Assembly: GCF_001294465.1 (NCBI RefSeq)
Contig: NZ_LGAA01000006.1
Location: 106,950-170,949, forward strand
DNA: 64,000 nucleotides
Direction: 5' to 3'
From: Moellerella wisconsensis ATCC 35017
GTDB taxonomy: Bacteria; Pseudomonadota; Gammaproteobacteria; Enterobacterales; Enterobacteriaceae
Made by a program: the position numbers and the translations under genes. Of this stretch, positions 36,101 to 47,155 are shown piece after piece. The stretch's first letter is position 1, and each line of letters opens with the position of its first letter. The notes below the pieces were generated by a model, which worked only from the letters and a program-made list of their open reading frames with translations, was not told the origin of the DNA and did not search any database.

Positions 36101-38141
36101 CGTACGCGATTTTGCTGCGCCTCGATATAAAGAAGGTTACGAAAAAGGCATTCACGATCACGATGCTATCGCGATTCTGAAACAATTAATTCCTGTGGCC
36201 CAAAATGCAGATTTACTGCGCTTTAATCCGACAGCACGAGCCATTGCGACCTTATTTTGGCAACAAAAACAGCATGAAGAACAGCCAGCATTGTGGCCAG
36301 AGCGAGCCAGAACCTCAATCAATATTCGACAATTATTCCATAACGATGAAGCTTTAAATGATTTACAGGCCGAAATTGAGGCAGATATTAGCTTGTTCTT
36401 AGAGCAGCATCCTATTCCTAGTGCAAACCATCAACAAACGGAAGCCGCAGAGTATTTAAGTTTGGCATTAGCACGTACGCCAATAGAATTCAGTTACAGC
36501 AAATATGCTCGCGAATTGGTCGAATCGCTGCAAATAGAACTTGAAAAAGCCCATATGTGGATTGATTTCAATCGCTCACAACAAAACTTAACTCAACGCC
36601 ATGCACAGCGCTGGGCATTAATTCAAAATTGGTTACAAGGATTATGTTCTCGGGCTGAATATTCCCATCTGGCACCTTATATTCCGGGCGCAATTGCGGT
36701 ACTCATGTTAGAAAAAACAGCAACCGCCCGTTATAGTGAAGTAGACCTCTATTTTAAAGTTTCAGGTCTGCTGGGGGAACATCCGCTTATCGATAATACT
36801 ACGCTGCATCTAAGTCTGGATAATTATTTCAGCCGTATGCGAGAACAACGCAAACAATTTATACCGGCCTTCCGCCAATACCAAGAGCTACGCCAACAGG
36901 TACTCACTACAGAGCGGCAGCGTATTAGACTGCATGAGTTTAAAGCTCAGCCATTAAGTTCTTTTGTACGCAATAAGCTGATAAATGATGTTTATCTGCC
37001 CATTATCGGCGACAATATGGCCAAACAGATTGGTGCTCTCGGCGAAACTAAGCGTACCGATTTGATGGGGTTATTATTGATGATCTCGCCCCCTGGCTAC
37101 GGAAAAACCACTTTAATGGAATATGTCGCCGATCGGCTAGGGTTGATATTTATGAAAATAAATGCGCCCGCATTAGGGCATAATGTTCTTTCGCTCGATC
37201 CAGAACAAGCGCCAAATGCAACGGCCAAACAAGAACTAGAAAAACTCAATTTGGCCTTAGAAATGGGTAATAATGTGATGTTATATATCGATGATATTCA
37301 ACACACTCACCCAGAATTTCTGCAAAAATTTATTTCATTATGTGATGGTACACGACGTATTGAGGGGGTTTGGAAAGGTCAAACCAAAACCTACGATCTG
37401 CGCGGCAAAAAATTCTGTGTGGTAATGGCAGGTAACCCATATACCGAATCTGGCGAGCTATTCAAAATTCCAGATATGTTAGCCAACCGCGCAGATATCT
37501 ACAATTTAGGCGAAGTGCTTGGCGGTATGGATGAAGCCTTTGCATTGAGCTATATTGAAAACAGTTTAACCTCGAATGCGATTCTGGCACCATTAGCTTT
37601 ACGCGATATGAATGATTTGTATCTCTTTGTTGATAAAGCCATGGGTAAATCGGTTTCTACCAACTCACTAAGTTATCCGTATTCAGATGCTGAAATCAGT
37701 GAAATTGTAGCCGTCATTCAACGAATTGCCAGCCTACGTGATGTCGTATTAAAAGTTAATCAACAATATATTGCTAGCGCCGCACAGTCTGATAAATACC
37801 GAACAGAACCACCGTTCAAATTACAAGGCAGCTATCGTAATATGAATAAACTGAGTGAAAAAATATCCTCAGTGATGGATAACAACGAGCTTAACCGTTT
37901 ATTAGATGATCATTATCTCGGGGAAGCCCAATTATTGACGACAGGAGCAGAAGAAAATCTGCTTAAATTAGCTGAAATCCGCGGTACACTCAGTGAAAAA
38001 GACGCTTTACGCTGGGCTCAAATTAAACGTGACTTTATGCGCAATAAAAATTTAGGCGGCGATAATAGCGATGTTGGTAACCGAATGGTTGCGCAATTAG
38101 CGGATTTAGTCGAAAGCGTTCAATCATTAAAAATAAATTAG
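33189..38141 (+). CDS. Giant 1650-aa protein of unknown function. The N-terminal roughly 430 aa are beta-rich, the central roughly 800 aa are coiled-coil-rich, and the C-terminus (about aa 1255-1505) is a dynein/MoxR-like AAA+ ATPase module.
   Basis: Walker A ISPPGYGKTT lies at 37083..37112. Walker B-like VMLYIDDIQ follows. The sensor-1/arginine region CVVMAGNPYTESGELFKIPDMLANRADIY resembles the dynein/midasin/MoxR (AAA_5) pattern M-NP-Y...PD-L..R. There is an AAGGA Shine-Dalgarno 3 nt upstream of the start. It is tightly linked on the same strand to yqiJK upstream and to a rhomboid gene 10 nt downstream. Confidence 0.6.
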   Translation: MYRIMSDKQQTEHQQELLDSAVAEGGAYEILRKRLTDQGQQLSQRAIELNDLRLEEFGHSQMDIIGRIRIRSENNCQARDIVRVGEWLLFGYNVFLGLKKETQVEDVFSLYRLVEQQGEFDVESVPLEETFLNIPSFVQDFTELYTYYKNTQLLQLVERDGKLLASFQIGERLTDVRVFRWSISSDKKTISYLDNRGERDIALPPAYDFEWYKTTRENTVNGRYPHINILDTVFVETIGGDLTIKCENNTEDGLGIYREAVLDKNQSLDDAQIEYAQTGTLILLKILPYREDNWRYLVYNIITQSVQRIDAIGQACVQLPEDHGIIFPGGYYLQSGEYKTFEQPMEGMRFRRTRRSPNGEDVLYVFYSPNQGRIALFNYNLIERKLNIPLLGHGYAMLEDGKMVLFEGQSEEPTRVHPMQVWQTPFYSDEYADQQPPRNSFLGRIGNADLVRGISDVLHIAKEIEGQQISAARYEQLSQQPRRLIDIYYWLNDAQSLNLGELLKDIAQTSERVLDEYEKVESIRRQSIKALNQATSRQKSLLTLMVPDSWSDIQQFVDSLNQLNTQRGHLISLRELRYMDLSQLESMEQEIAVTQQLISQATADFLASEKALQPLIKQLQRLEEQTQKATNSAQLEIPMSGIEQMSADLDMLSNLMASLKFEDATQQTQIIEAISEIYAKLNQTRARLQQKRKQQGAVESVAQFAAQFRLFSQGITNALALASTPEYCDDQLSRLLIQLEELESQFSAHDEFLDNILAKREELLETFESHKQTLLDERQRKSQNLQTAADRLLESLLRRTSRLQSLDELNAFFASDPLSLKTREIIEKLRELKDNVKADDIDARLKSARDQAIRSLRDKTDIFEDNGNIIRLGPRHRFSVNTQQPDLTILPKDNQLWLYLTGTDYQEPIISPELEKLQPYWSVSLESESATVYRAEYLAYSIIYAASKRQDGLSIEQLTAELTQPEKLAKTVRDFAAPRYKEGYEKGIHDHDAIAILKQLIPVAQNADLLRFNPTARAIATLFWQQKQHEEQPALWPERARTSINIRQLFHNDEALNDLQAEIEADISLFLEQHPIPSANHQQTEAAEYLSLALARTPIEFSYSKYARELVESLQIELEKAHMWIDFNRSQQNLTQRHAQRWALIQNWLQGLCSRAEYSHLAPYIPGAIAVLMLEKTATARYSEVDLYFKVSGLLGEHPLIDNTTLHLSLDNYFSRMREQRKQFIPAFRQYQELRQQVLTTERQRIRLHEFKAQPLSSFVRNKLINDVYLPIIGDNMAKQIGALGETKRTDLMGLLLMISPPGYGKTTLMEYVADRLGLIFMKINAPALGHNVLSLDPEQAPNATAKQELEKLNLALEMGNNVMLYIDDIQHTHPEFLQKFISLCDGTRRIEGVWKGQTKTYDLRGKKFCVVMAGNPYTESGELFKIPDMLANRADIYNLGEVLGGMDEAFALSYIENSLTSNAILAPLALRDMNDLYLFVDKAMGKSVSTNSLSYPYSDAEISEIVAVIQRIASLRDVVLKVNQQYIASAAQSDKYRTEPPFKLQGSYRNMNKLSEKISSVMDNNELNRLLDDHYLGEAQLLTTGAEENLLKLAEIRGTLSEKDALRWAQIKRDFMRNKNLGGDNSDVGNRMVAQLADLVESVQSLKIN

Positions 38142-38151
38142 AGTGAGATAA

Positions 38152-38742
38152 ATGAAACTAAACTCAATAAAGATATGGCTAAAACAGCGACTGTTATTTT
38201 TATTGGGTTTAGCGCTACTATTAATCTTATTACAGCTGATAAATAGTCTCACTGCCGGAGGGTTGCTCTATTTTGGGCTTGTTCCGCGCTCAAGTCATGG
38301 ATTAATTGGTATTTTTTGTGCTCCATTTATTCACGGCAGTTGGGGGCATCTCTTCAGCAATTTACCACCGTTACTTATTATGAGCGGTTTATTGCTGTAT
38401 CAATCGATTAGGCAATTTATTTACGCCTCGCTGTTTATCATTATTATGGGCGGCTTACTGGTTTGGTTATTTGGTAGCTCGGCTATTCATATCGGAGCAA
38501 GTGGATGGATCTTCGGGCTATGGGCACTACTTCTGACGCAAGGCGTGCTGCGCCGTAATAAAATCGATATTATTATTGCCGTGATAGTTTTAATTTATTT
38601 TGGTGGTATGGCGAGCGGCCTACTGCCTGGGCAGCAATATATATCGACTAGTTCGCACTTATCAGGCGCAATCGCCGGCGTTTTATATGGCTGGATATTA
38701 CGTAAAAAAGCAATCGGTAGAAAAAACACTAACGCCGCATAA
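38152..38742 (+). CDS. Minimal 196-aa rhomboid-family intramembrane serine protease (6-TM core only).
   Basis: It has about six predicted transmembrane helices. The GxSG catalytic serine motif is HIGASGWIFG, and the catalytic histidine sits in the AHxxGxxxG-type motif SSHLSGAIAGVLYG. Confidence 0.65.
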   Translation: MKLNSIKIWLKQRLLFLLGLALLLILLQLINSLTAGGLLYFGLVPRSSHGLIGIFCAPFIHGSWGHLFSNLPPLLIMSGLLLYQSIRQFIYASLFIIIMGGLLVWLFGSSAIHIGASGWIFGLWALLLTQGVLRRNKIDIIIAVIVLIYFGGMASGLLPGQQYISTSSHLSGAIAGVLYGWILRKKAIGRKNTNAA

Positions 38743-38856
38743 AAAAACTGAGCCATTGAATTACATTATTGATACATCAAGATCACATCATTAATATTCT
38801 GGCTCAGTTTTCAATCGCTAATAATAACGCACTAATTAAAAGTTAATTAAACCATT

Positions 38857-39513
38857 TTACTGTGCATCTTTACCAAATTTAGGTGAACGCGGCCCGTATA
38901 AAATGCCATTTGGGTGACCAGCAAATAATAAGCGTCCACTGGTAATTCCAGCTATTTGATGGCTTTTATCCGTAATGCTGTCACTAATTTGGGTCACTAC
39001 TGCTGACACTAACATGCCAATAATCCCACCGGACGATGAATTATTTTCAGTATTCGATGCTGTAGCACCGCCACTCCATAAAATATCACCACTGTGCGCA
39101 TCAACAAGCTTAGCACCCACCGTTACACGCGTATCGCTCATAATAATTTGATACGAAGTACCGTATTGTTTTACATTTAAATAAAGTACGGCATCAGCGC
39201 CAAATATTTGATTTAACTTTTCTAAACTAACCGAGTTAATATCTAGAGCAGAGGTTAAGCCATTTTGTTTAAATGTTTCTTCTACCACGGCGACAGGAAA
39301 AACATAATAACCAGATTCCGCTAACGGCAATGTCACTTGTGACATAAAACCGTAGCTAGCCATCACTTCTGGCGTTTCATTCTGCGGCAATAGCACCAAA
39401 ATACTTTTAGGTTTACTCTGTTTAAATGCAGAATAATCATATTGTTTTGGTTGAGTACACCCAGTCAACAGTAATACAGTTAGCATACCGCATAAGACAA
39501 AAAACGATTTCAT
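38857..39513 (-). CDS. Lipoprotein, DUF799/GNA1162-like. It is the third gene of a three-lipoprotein operon.
   Basis: The lipobox is LLTGC. Its size and composition fit the LPP20/GNA1162-type family that accompanies CsgG-like proteins. Confidence 0.55.
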   Translation of the reverse strand: MKSFFVLCGMLTVLLLTGCTQPKQYDYSAFKQSKPKSILVLLPQNETPEVMASYGFMSQVTLPLAESGYYVFPVAVVEETFKQNGLTSALDINSVSLEKLNQIFGADAVLYLNVKQYGTSYQIIMSDTRVTVGAKLVDAHSGDILWSGGATASNTENNSSSGGIIGMLVSAVVTQISDSITDKSHQIAGITSGRLLFAGHPNGILYGPRSPKFGKDAQ

Positions 39514-39881
39514 TTTTTTATTCCTTTATTATTACTTAAAAGAAAATCCATGTATTTCGTTGATTCTGGGTAAAGTGATTTCTCCAAATTAAACTCGGAA
39601 TAAGCCAAATCAATTTGACCTACATTGACATACAATAAACCTAAATGTGCATGTAATCCGGGAGCAACTGCCACATTTTGAGCCTTTGCTTGCTCAATAT
39701 TTTTCTGTAATACAATAATCTGTTCTTGCGGTGAAGATTCTGTTTGCTGGTAGTATTGATAAATAGAATTCTGATAACCATCCCAATGATAAAGCGGCTT
39801 AGGTGATTGAGCACAACCGCTTAATAAGATAGCTAAAAGAATTAAACTAACCTTTATTGTTTTATGCATTAAAATATCCAT
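39510..39881 (-). CDS. Small lipoprotein (DUF4810-like), the middle gene of the lipoprotein operon.
   Basis: The lipobox is LLSGC. It overlaps the downstream gene by 4 nt (translational coupling). The start may be the Met of MHKTIK. Confidence 0.5.
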   Translation of the reverse strand: MDILMHKTIKVSLILLAILLSGCAQSPKPLYHWDGYQNSIYQYYQQTESSPQEQIIVLQKNIEQAKAQNVAVAPGLHAHLGLLYVNVGQIDLAYSEFNLEKSLYPESTKYMDFLLSNNKGIKK

Positions 39882-39883
39882 TT

Positions 39884-40552
39884 TTATTTAGTGGGTTTCC
39901 AAGCCCCTGATTCAATGCCATCAACAAGATTATTAACGGCTTCGCGAATAGCCAAATCTAATACTTTTCCATTTAATGTAGAGTCATAACTTGCGGTTCC
40001 ACCAAAACCGATAATCTCACGATTAGACAGCTCATATTCTCCAGCGCCTTGTGAGGAATAAACTACTTCTGACGTATTTACATTCACAATATTTAAATTA
40101 ACTTTAGCGTAAGCAATTTGTTTTTTACCTCGACCTAAAATACCAAATAATTGATGGTCACCGACTTCTTTACGGCCAAATTCAGTCACATCACCAGTCA
40201 CAACATAAGAGGCACCTTTTAATTGCTGTGCTTGGCCTTTAATTTTAGCTTCTTGCTGTAACTCATTCATATTAGTACGATCTAATACGTTGAAACGTCC
40301 AGTTTGCTGTAAATGAGTCACGAGGATAGTCTTAGATTGATTACCTAAGCGATCAACACCATCAGAAAAGACGCCATTCATAAAGCTTGAGCGATTATCA
40401 AATTTACCAACTGATATCGGACTACGCTCACCCTGATATTGCGTTTTATATGAATTCACCTTAGCCACTTCTAATGAACGAGATGATTCAGTAGCACAAC
40501 CATTAAGTAAAATTGGCATAACTATAGCCGTAATAATAGCTATTTTTTTCAT
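39884..40552 (-). CDS. CsgG-family lipoprotein (curli-secretion-channel-like fold), the first gene of the lipoprotein operon.
   Basis: The lipobox is LLNGC. The motifs ISVGKFDNRSSF...LVTHLQQTGRFNVLDR resemble the CsgG pattern (P/A-V-x-x-F-x-N...SG-F-x-V-L/V-E/D-R). Confidence 0.6.
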   Translation of the reverse strand: MKKIAIITAIVMPILLNGCATESSRSLEVAKVNSYKTQYQGERSPISVGKFDNRSSFMNGVFSDGVDRLGNQSKTILVTHLQQTGRFNVLDRTNMNELQQEAKIKGQAQQLKGASYVVTGDVTEFGRKEVGDHQLFGILGRGKKQIAYAKVNLNIVNVNTSEVVYSSQGAGEYELSNREIIGFGGTASYDSTLNGKVLDLAIREAVNNLVDGIESGAWKPTK

Positions 40553-41132
40553 CGAAAATACCTTTGAATTTATAAGATTATTTATAACTAAAGAATGCGT
40601 ATTTTAAAGCGATATCAAAAAATAAATAGTATTTATTTTATCAAAAAGAAAAATGAAACCGATAAGATAAAACCCTTTTTTTATATTTAAATCTAATTTA
40701 AACCAAACAACCAAGGTGATATCTGTTATATCATAAATAAAAATAAAAAATAAAATGAAACAACCAAAAAAACAACTTATTTATAAAAACGCATACAATA
40801 AATAGGATAATTTAATAATAAGAATGTTTAAGCTACATTGAAGTTAAATATAAATAATAATTAATAAATAATTAATTAAATAATAAATTTAATTAATTCT
40901 ATTATTTTGAATATAGCTTGAGCTACGTATAGATATCTAGAATCATTATTTACTTGGACGCCTACAATATTTATTTAAAAATGATTCTATTTTTCACTCA
41001 ACTTCTCGATAACGAGCAAAAAGAAGCCGAGACAAATCGTCCCAGCAATTTTCTACGTCAGCAATAAGTTAGAAAAATATTTACTACTTATCTATTTTTA
41101 CTCCCTGCTATGCGAGATCACCATCTAGAACA

Positions 41133-41396
41133 TTAACGAAATCCACGGCTATGATTTTTTGCTGACCAGTTAAAAGTCTCGTCGCTTGGTGATAATTTAT
41201 CTTTTCTTTTCTGTGCTTTTATTTTATTAGCGGCCTGTTCGATTTCTTTAGAGATCTCGCTGATTATCTGATCTTTGGCTTTATTTAGCTCCGCATTGGT
41301 TAACTCTCGGCCAAGTTTTTTACGTTCTTGACCTAAGCGTGTTTTGACTCGCATTTGCTGCGCCGCGGTCATATCTTTCAGTGTTAATTTTTTCAT
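41133..41396 (-). CDS. DUF3811 family protein (YjbD-like).
   Basis: It is 87 aa, K/E-rich and helical, with the C-terminus ...FNWSAKNHSRGFR resembling E. coli YjbD ...FSWSANTSTRGRR. Confidence 0.5.
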   Translation of the reverse strand: MKKLTLKDMTAAQQMRVKTRLGQERKKLGRELTNAELNKAKDQIISEISKEIEQAANKIKAQKRKDKLSPSDETFNWSAKNHSRGFR

Positions 41397-41704
41397 TTAG
41401 TCCCCTATCGTAGCGTTAAGATGATGAGCCACCAGCCTAAGATTGGCTGATACCAAGGCCATAGACTTGTTTCCTAATGACGATGAGTTGCTACAAACTG
41501 ATTATAAATGAGCTAAATAAAACCATTTATAATACGATTGTAAGTTATTAACAGACTATTTAATAACATAAAGGAGTATAAAAAGTCTGTTTAATTAATC
41601 ATATTAGTGAAATAACAGCAAAAATAATATGACCGGGCTAGACGATAACCCTCTAAATTTTGACATAAAAATTCGATTGATGGAGATAATAAATTGATAG
41701 GGAT

Positions 41705-41745
41705 AAGAAATGAAAAACCCAGCCACTGAATTTCAGCGCTGGGTC
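41705..41745 (-). terminator. Rho-independent terminator downstream of glmS (CCCAGCGCTGAAATTCAGTGGCTGGG followed by TTTTTC on the minus strand).
   Basis: A GC-rich inverted repeat with a T-run. Confidence 0.5.
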
Positions 41746-41786
41746 TATACTTTCTAAACCAAATAATGATCCTCTATAACGGTGAA

Positions 41787-43619
41787 TTATTCCACCGTAA
41801 CAGATTTAGCTAAATTACGCGGTTGATCAACATCAGTGCCTTTAATCAAAGCCACATGGTACGACAACAACTGTAACGGTACGGTATAGAAAATAGGTGC
41901 GATTAGCTCTTCAACATGCGGTAATGGAACGATTTTCATATTATCGCAATCAACAAAGCCGGCATCTTGATCGGCAAACACATACAATAAGCCGCCGCGT
42001 GCGCGTACCTCTTCAATATTGGATTTGAGTTTTTCCAATAATTCATTGTTTGGCGCAACAATAATAACCGGCATATCAGCATCAATCAGTGCTAATGGTC
42101 CGTGTTTTAACTCCCCAGCCGCATAAGCTTCAGCGTGAATATAAGAAATTTCTTTCAGCTTTAATGCGCCTTCAACGGCAATAGGGTATTGATCGCCACG
42201 GCCTAAGAATAAGGCATGATGCTTATCAGAAAAATCCTCCGCTAACGCTTCAATCACTTTATCTTGCGATAACATACTCTCAATACGTGCAGGTAAGGCA
42301 TGTAATGCATTGGCAATATTTTGCTCTATCTCCGGAGCTGCGCCTTTTAAGCGCCCCATATATGCCACCAGCATTAATAATACCGTCAATTGCGTGGTAA
42401 ATGCTTTAGTTGATGCGACACCAATTTCAACCCCAGCTTTAGTCATCAATGCAAAGTCAGATTCACGCACTAATGACGAGCCAGCAACATTACAAATCAC
42501 TAATGAAGAGAGATAACCTAACTCTTTAGATAAGCGTAATGCAGCTAAGGTATCAGCTGTTTCGCCAGATTGAGATAAAGTAATCATCAAGCTGCCTTTA
42601 CGTGGCGCTGGTTTGCGATAACGATATTCTGAAGCAATTTCAACATCACAAGGAATACCCGCTAAAGATTCAAACCAATAACGAGCCACCATGCCGGCAT
42701 TATATGAAGTTCCGCAAGCCACAATTTGAATATGCTCAACTTGCGATAAAATATCATTCGCTTTTGGGCCTAGTTCACTTAAATCAATTTGATTATTCTG
42801 ACCAAAACGTCCTGCTAACGTATTTTTGATAGCCAATGGCTGCTCATAAATTTCTTTTTGCATATAATGACGATAAAGGCCTTTATCACCGGCATCATAC
42901 TGCACACTAGATTCAATTTGTTCGCGCTCTACTGGATTGCCAGATTTATCATAAATATGTACTGAGCGACGAGTTACTTCAGCAATATCACCTTCTTCAA
43001 GATAAATAAAACGACGAGTAACAGGCAATAGCGCTAACTGATCTGAAGCCAGGAAGTTTTCTCCCATACCCAGACCAATCACTAACGGGCTACCAGAGCG
43101 AGCAGCAACTAATAATTCAGGCGCTCGGCTATCCATAATTACCGTGCCATATGCACCGCGTAATTGAGGGATAACGCGTTGAACAACCTCTAATAAGCTA
43201 CCGCCTTTTTGTTGTTCTTGATGCACTAAATGGGCAATTACTTCAGTATCTGTTTCAGAGCTAAAAACATAGCCTTGTGCTTGTAATTGTTGTTTTAGTT
43301 CTTGATAGTTTTCAATAATACCGTTGTGAACAACCGCAATATAGCCCGAAGTATGCGGATGCGCATTGCGTTCGCTAGGAACACCATGTGTTGCCCAACG
43401 AGTATGTGCTATCCCCGTGCCGCCAACAACAGCTTGTTTTTCAGCTTCTTCTGCCAACATTTGGACTTTACCCACTTCACGCAGACGCGTGAGATGGCAT
43501 TCACTATCAACCACTGCCAAACCGGCAGAATCATAACCACGGTATTCTAAACGACGAAGCCCTTCGATCAGAATTTCAGCGATATCACGCTGCGCTACTG
43601 CACCAACAATTCCACACAT
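41787..43619 (-). CDS. glmS: Glutamine--fructose-6-phosphate aminotransferase.
   Basis: It has the MCGIVGAV N-terminal nucleophile and the C-terminal ...NLAKSVTVE. It is colinear with E. coli GlmS, 610 aa. Confidence 0.97.
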   Translation of the reverse strand: MCGIVGAVAQRDIAEILIEGLRRLEYRGYDSAGLAVVDSECHLTRLREVGKVQMLAEEAEKQAVVGGTGIAHTRWATHGVPSERNAHPHTSGYIAVVHNGIIENYQELKQQLQAQGYVFSSETDTEVIAHLVHQEQQKGGSLLEVVQRVIPQLRGAYGTVIMDSRAPELLVAARSGSPLVIGLGMGENFLASDQLALLPVTRRFIYLEEGDIAEVTRRSVHIYDKSGNPVEREQIESSVQYDAGDKGLYRHYMQKEIYEQPLAIKNTLAGRFGQNNQIDLSELGPKANDILSQVEHIQIVACGTSYNAGMVARYWFESLAGIPCDVEIASEYRYRKPAPRKGSLMITLSQSGETADTLAALRLSKELGYLSSLVICNVAGSSLVRESDFALMTKAGVEIGVASTKAFTTQLTVLLMLVAYMGRLKGAAPEIEQNIANALHALPARIESMLSQDKVIEALAEDFSDKHHALFLGRGDQYPIAVEGALKLKEISYIHAEAYAAGELKHGPLALIDADMPVIIVAPNNELLEKLKSNIEEVRARGGLLYVFADQDAGFVDCDNMKIVPLPHVEELIAPIFYTVPLQLLSYHVALIKGTDVDQPRNLAKSVTVE

Positions 43620-43790
43620 CTTGTTTATTCCTAATTTAAGAGCTTAGCTCTTATATCGTGTCGCTGCCTGATTGCTATTCGGCTATTTGCCGTTCCCCGA
43701 GTCTTGTAGAGAGTGGGGTTTATTATTGATCTATTTTGCTACCACAACATTGGAACAATAAGGGGACAGTATCCCCTCAAATTTTAAGGT

Positions 43791-45164
43791 CTATTTTTTA
43801 TTTTTTACTGGGCGATCCCAGTGCTTAATATGCATTTGTTTTACGCGGCTAACCACTAAGCCAGCTTCGGTTACATCACGAGTCACGGTAGTACCGGCGC
43901 CGATAGTCACGCCATCAGCAATCGAGACTGGGGCAACTAGTTGGGTATCAGAGCCGACAAAAACATCATTACCAATAATCGTTTTAAATTTATTGGCGCC
44001 ATCATAATTACAAGTGATGGTTCCCGCACCGATATTTACATCGCTACCGATATCCGCGTCACCAAGATAGGTTAGATGGCCAGCTTTAGAACCTTCGCCT
44101 AATTTAACGTTTTTCAATTCAACAAAATTACCGACATGGGCTTTTTTAGCTAATTTAGCTCCCGGACGCAAACGAGCAAACGGTCCAACCGTACATTCGG
44201 TCGATAATTCGGAATTTTCAATTACCGTATATGGGCTGATCACTGAATTATCGCCAATAGTACAGTTTTTCAAAACACAGCCGGTTTGGATATGAACGTT
44301 ATTGCCTAAAGTAACATTGCCTTCAATAATCACATTGGTATCAATAATAACATCGCGACCATGAGCCAACGTTCCTCGCAGATCGAAACGCGCAGGATCG
44401 ATTAACATAACTCCTGCCAGCAATAACTTTTCAGCTTGTTCTTGCTGGTAGATACGCTCTAATGCGGCTAGTTGTAACCGATTATTTACGCCTTCCATCT
44501 CACTGAGGTGACTCGGCTGAACGGTCTCAATTTTGTTACCTTCTTGGTGTGCTAAGGCGATAATGTCGGTAATATAATATTCACCTTGCGCATTATCATT
44601 ATTTAATTGCGCTAACCAACGTTTAAAGTCTTTACCACTAGCGACCATAATACCGGTATTAATTTCGGTAATTTTACGTTGCTCTTCGGTGGCATCTTTC
44701 TGTTCGATAATACCAACAACTTGACCATTTTCGCGTACGATACGCCCATAACCGGTCGGATTATCTAAAATCACAGTTAATAAGCCAATACCACCTTCAG
44801 GTTTAACCTGAATCAATCGTTCAAGAGTACTTTTTGCAATTAACGGAACATCACCATATAACATGATAATATCTTCATTATCATCAAAATGAGGAGCCGC
44901 CTGCTGCATTGCATGACCCGTACCGAGCTGTTCTGCCTGTAAAACCCAATTGAAATCTTGTTCACCGAGTTTTTCTTTCAGTAAATCACCGCCATGGCCA
45001 TACACTAAATGGATATTTGAGGCGCCGAGTGATTTAGCTGTATCAACCACATGCTGAACCATTGGTTTTCCCGCGAGTAAATGCAGTACTTTCGGTAAGT
45101 TAGAATACATCCGAGTACCTTTACCCGCAGCAAGAATAACAACACTTTTTCTTTGCACAGTCAT
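43791..45164 (-). CDS. glmU: Bifunctional GlcNAc-1-P uridyltransferase / GlcN-1-P acetyltransferase.
   Basis: [13 protein letters not shown] plus left-handed beta-helix hexapeptide repeats. 457 aa. Confidence 0.95.
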   Translation of the reverse strand: MTVQRKSVVILAAGKGTRMYSNLPKVLHLLAGKPMVQHVVDTAKSLGASNIHLVYGHGGDLLKEKLGEQDFNWVLQAEQLGTGHAMQQAAPHFDDNEDIIMLYGDVPLIAKSTLERLIQVKPEGGIGLLTVILDNPTGYGRIVRENGQVVGIIEQKDATEEQRKITEINTGIMVASGKDFKRWLAQLNNDNAQGEYYITDIIALAHQEGNKIETVQPSHLSEMEGVNNRLQLAALERIYQQEQAEKLLLAGVMLIDPARFDLRGTLAHGRDVIIDTNVIIEGNVTLGNNVHIQTGCVLKNCTIGDNSVISPYTVIENSELSTECTVGPFARLRPGAKLAKKAHVGNFVELKNVKLGEGSKAGHLTYLGDADIGSDVNIGAGTITCNYDGANKFKTIIGNDVFVGSDTQLVAPVSIADGVTIGAGTTVTRDVTEAGLVVSRVKQMHIKHWDRPVKNKK

Positions 45165-45240
45165 AATAATCCTGAAACTCCAACGAGAAGATGAAAGTAA
45201 ACCTATTTCTGCTATAAATTACTACATATTTCGTACAAAT

Positions 45241-45280
45241 AAAAAAGCCAGTTAGTTTTTAGACTAACTGGCTTTCATCA
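45241..45280 (-). terminator. atp operon terminator (GCCAGTTAGT-ctaaaa-ACTAACTGGC followed by TTTTTT on the minus strand).
   Basis: A perfect 10-bp stem followed by a T6 run, immediately downstream of atpC. Confidence 0.6.
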
Positions 45281-45291
45281 TGCTGCTTTTA

Positions 45292-45717
45292 TTACATCAG
45301 CTTTCTTGTTAATTCAATAACACGAAGTTTAGCAATAGCTTTCGCTAATTCTGCTGATGCCTGAGCATAGTCCACGTCGCCGTGAGCTTTACTAATATGC
45401 TCTTCCGCTCTACGTTTAGATTCCAGCGCACGCGCTTCATCTAAATCTTTACCGCGGATAGCAGTATCAGCCAGTACGATAACTACATCAGGTTGAACTT
45501 CTAAAATACCGCCAGAGAGGTAAATTAGCTCTTCATCGCCAGATTCTTTAGTAATGCGTACCATGCCCGGTTTTATGGCAGTCAATAATGGGGTGTGTTG
45601 AGGATAAATTCCTAACTCACCTTCACTACCGGTCACCTGTACTTTTTGAATAGCGCCTTCAAACATCTTTTTTTCAGCACTAACCACAGTCAGATGGAGT
45701 TTTGCTTCTGCTACCAT
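45292..45717 (-). CDS. atpC: ATP synthase F1 epsilon subunit.
   Basis: Colinear with E. coli AtpC. Confidence 0.93.
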   Translation of the reverse strand: MVAEAKLHLTVVSAEKKMFEGAIQKVQVTGSEGELGIYPQHTPLLTAIKPGMVRITKESGDEELIYLSGGILEVQPDVVIVLADTAIRGKDLDEARALESKRRAEEHISKAHGDVDYAQASAELAKAIAKLRVIELTRKLM

Positions 45718-45738
45718 ATCAACCTCTCTTCAGCCGAA

Positions 45739-47148
<1,410 letters not shown>

Positions 47149-47155
47149 CTAGCTG

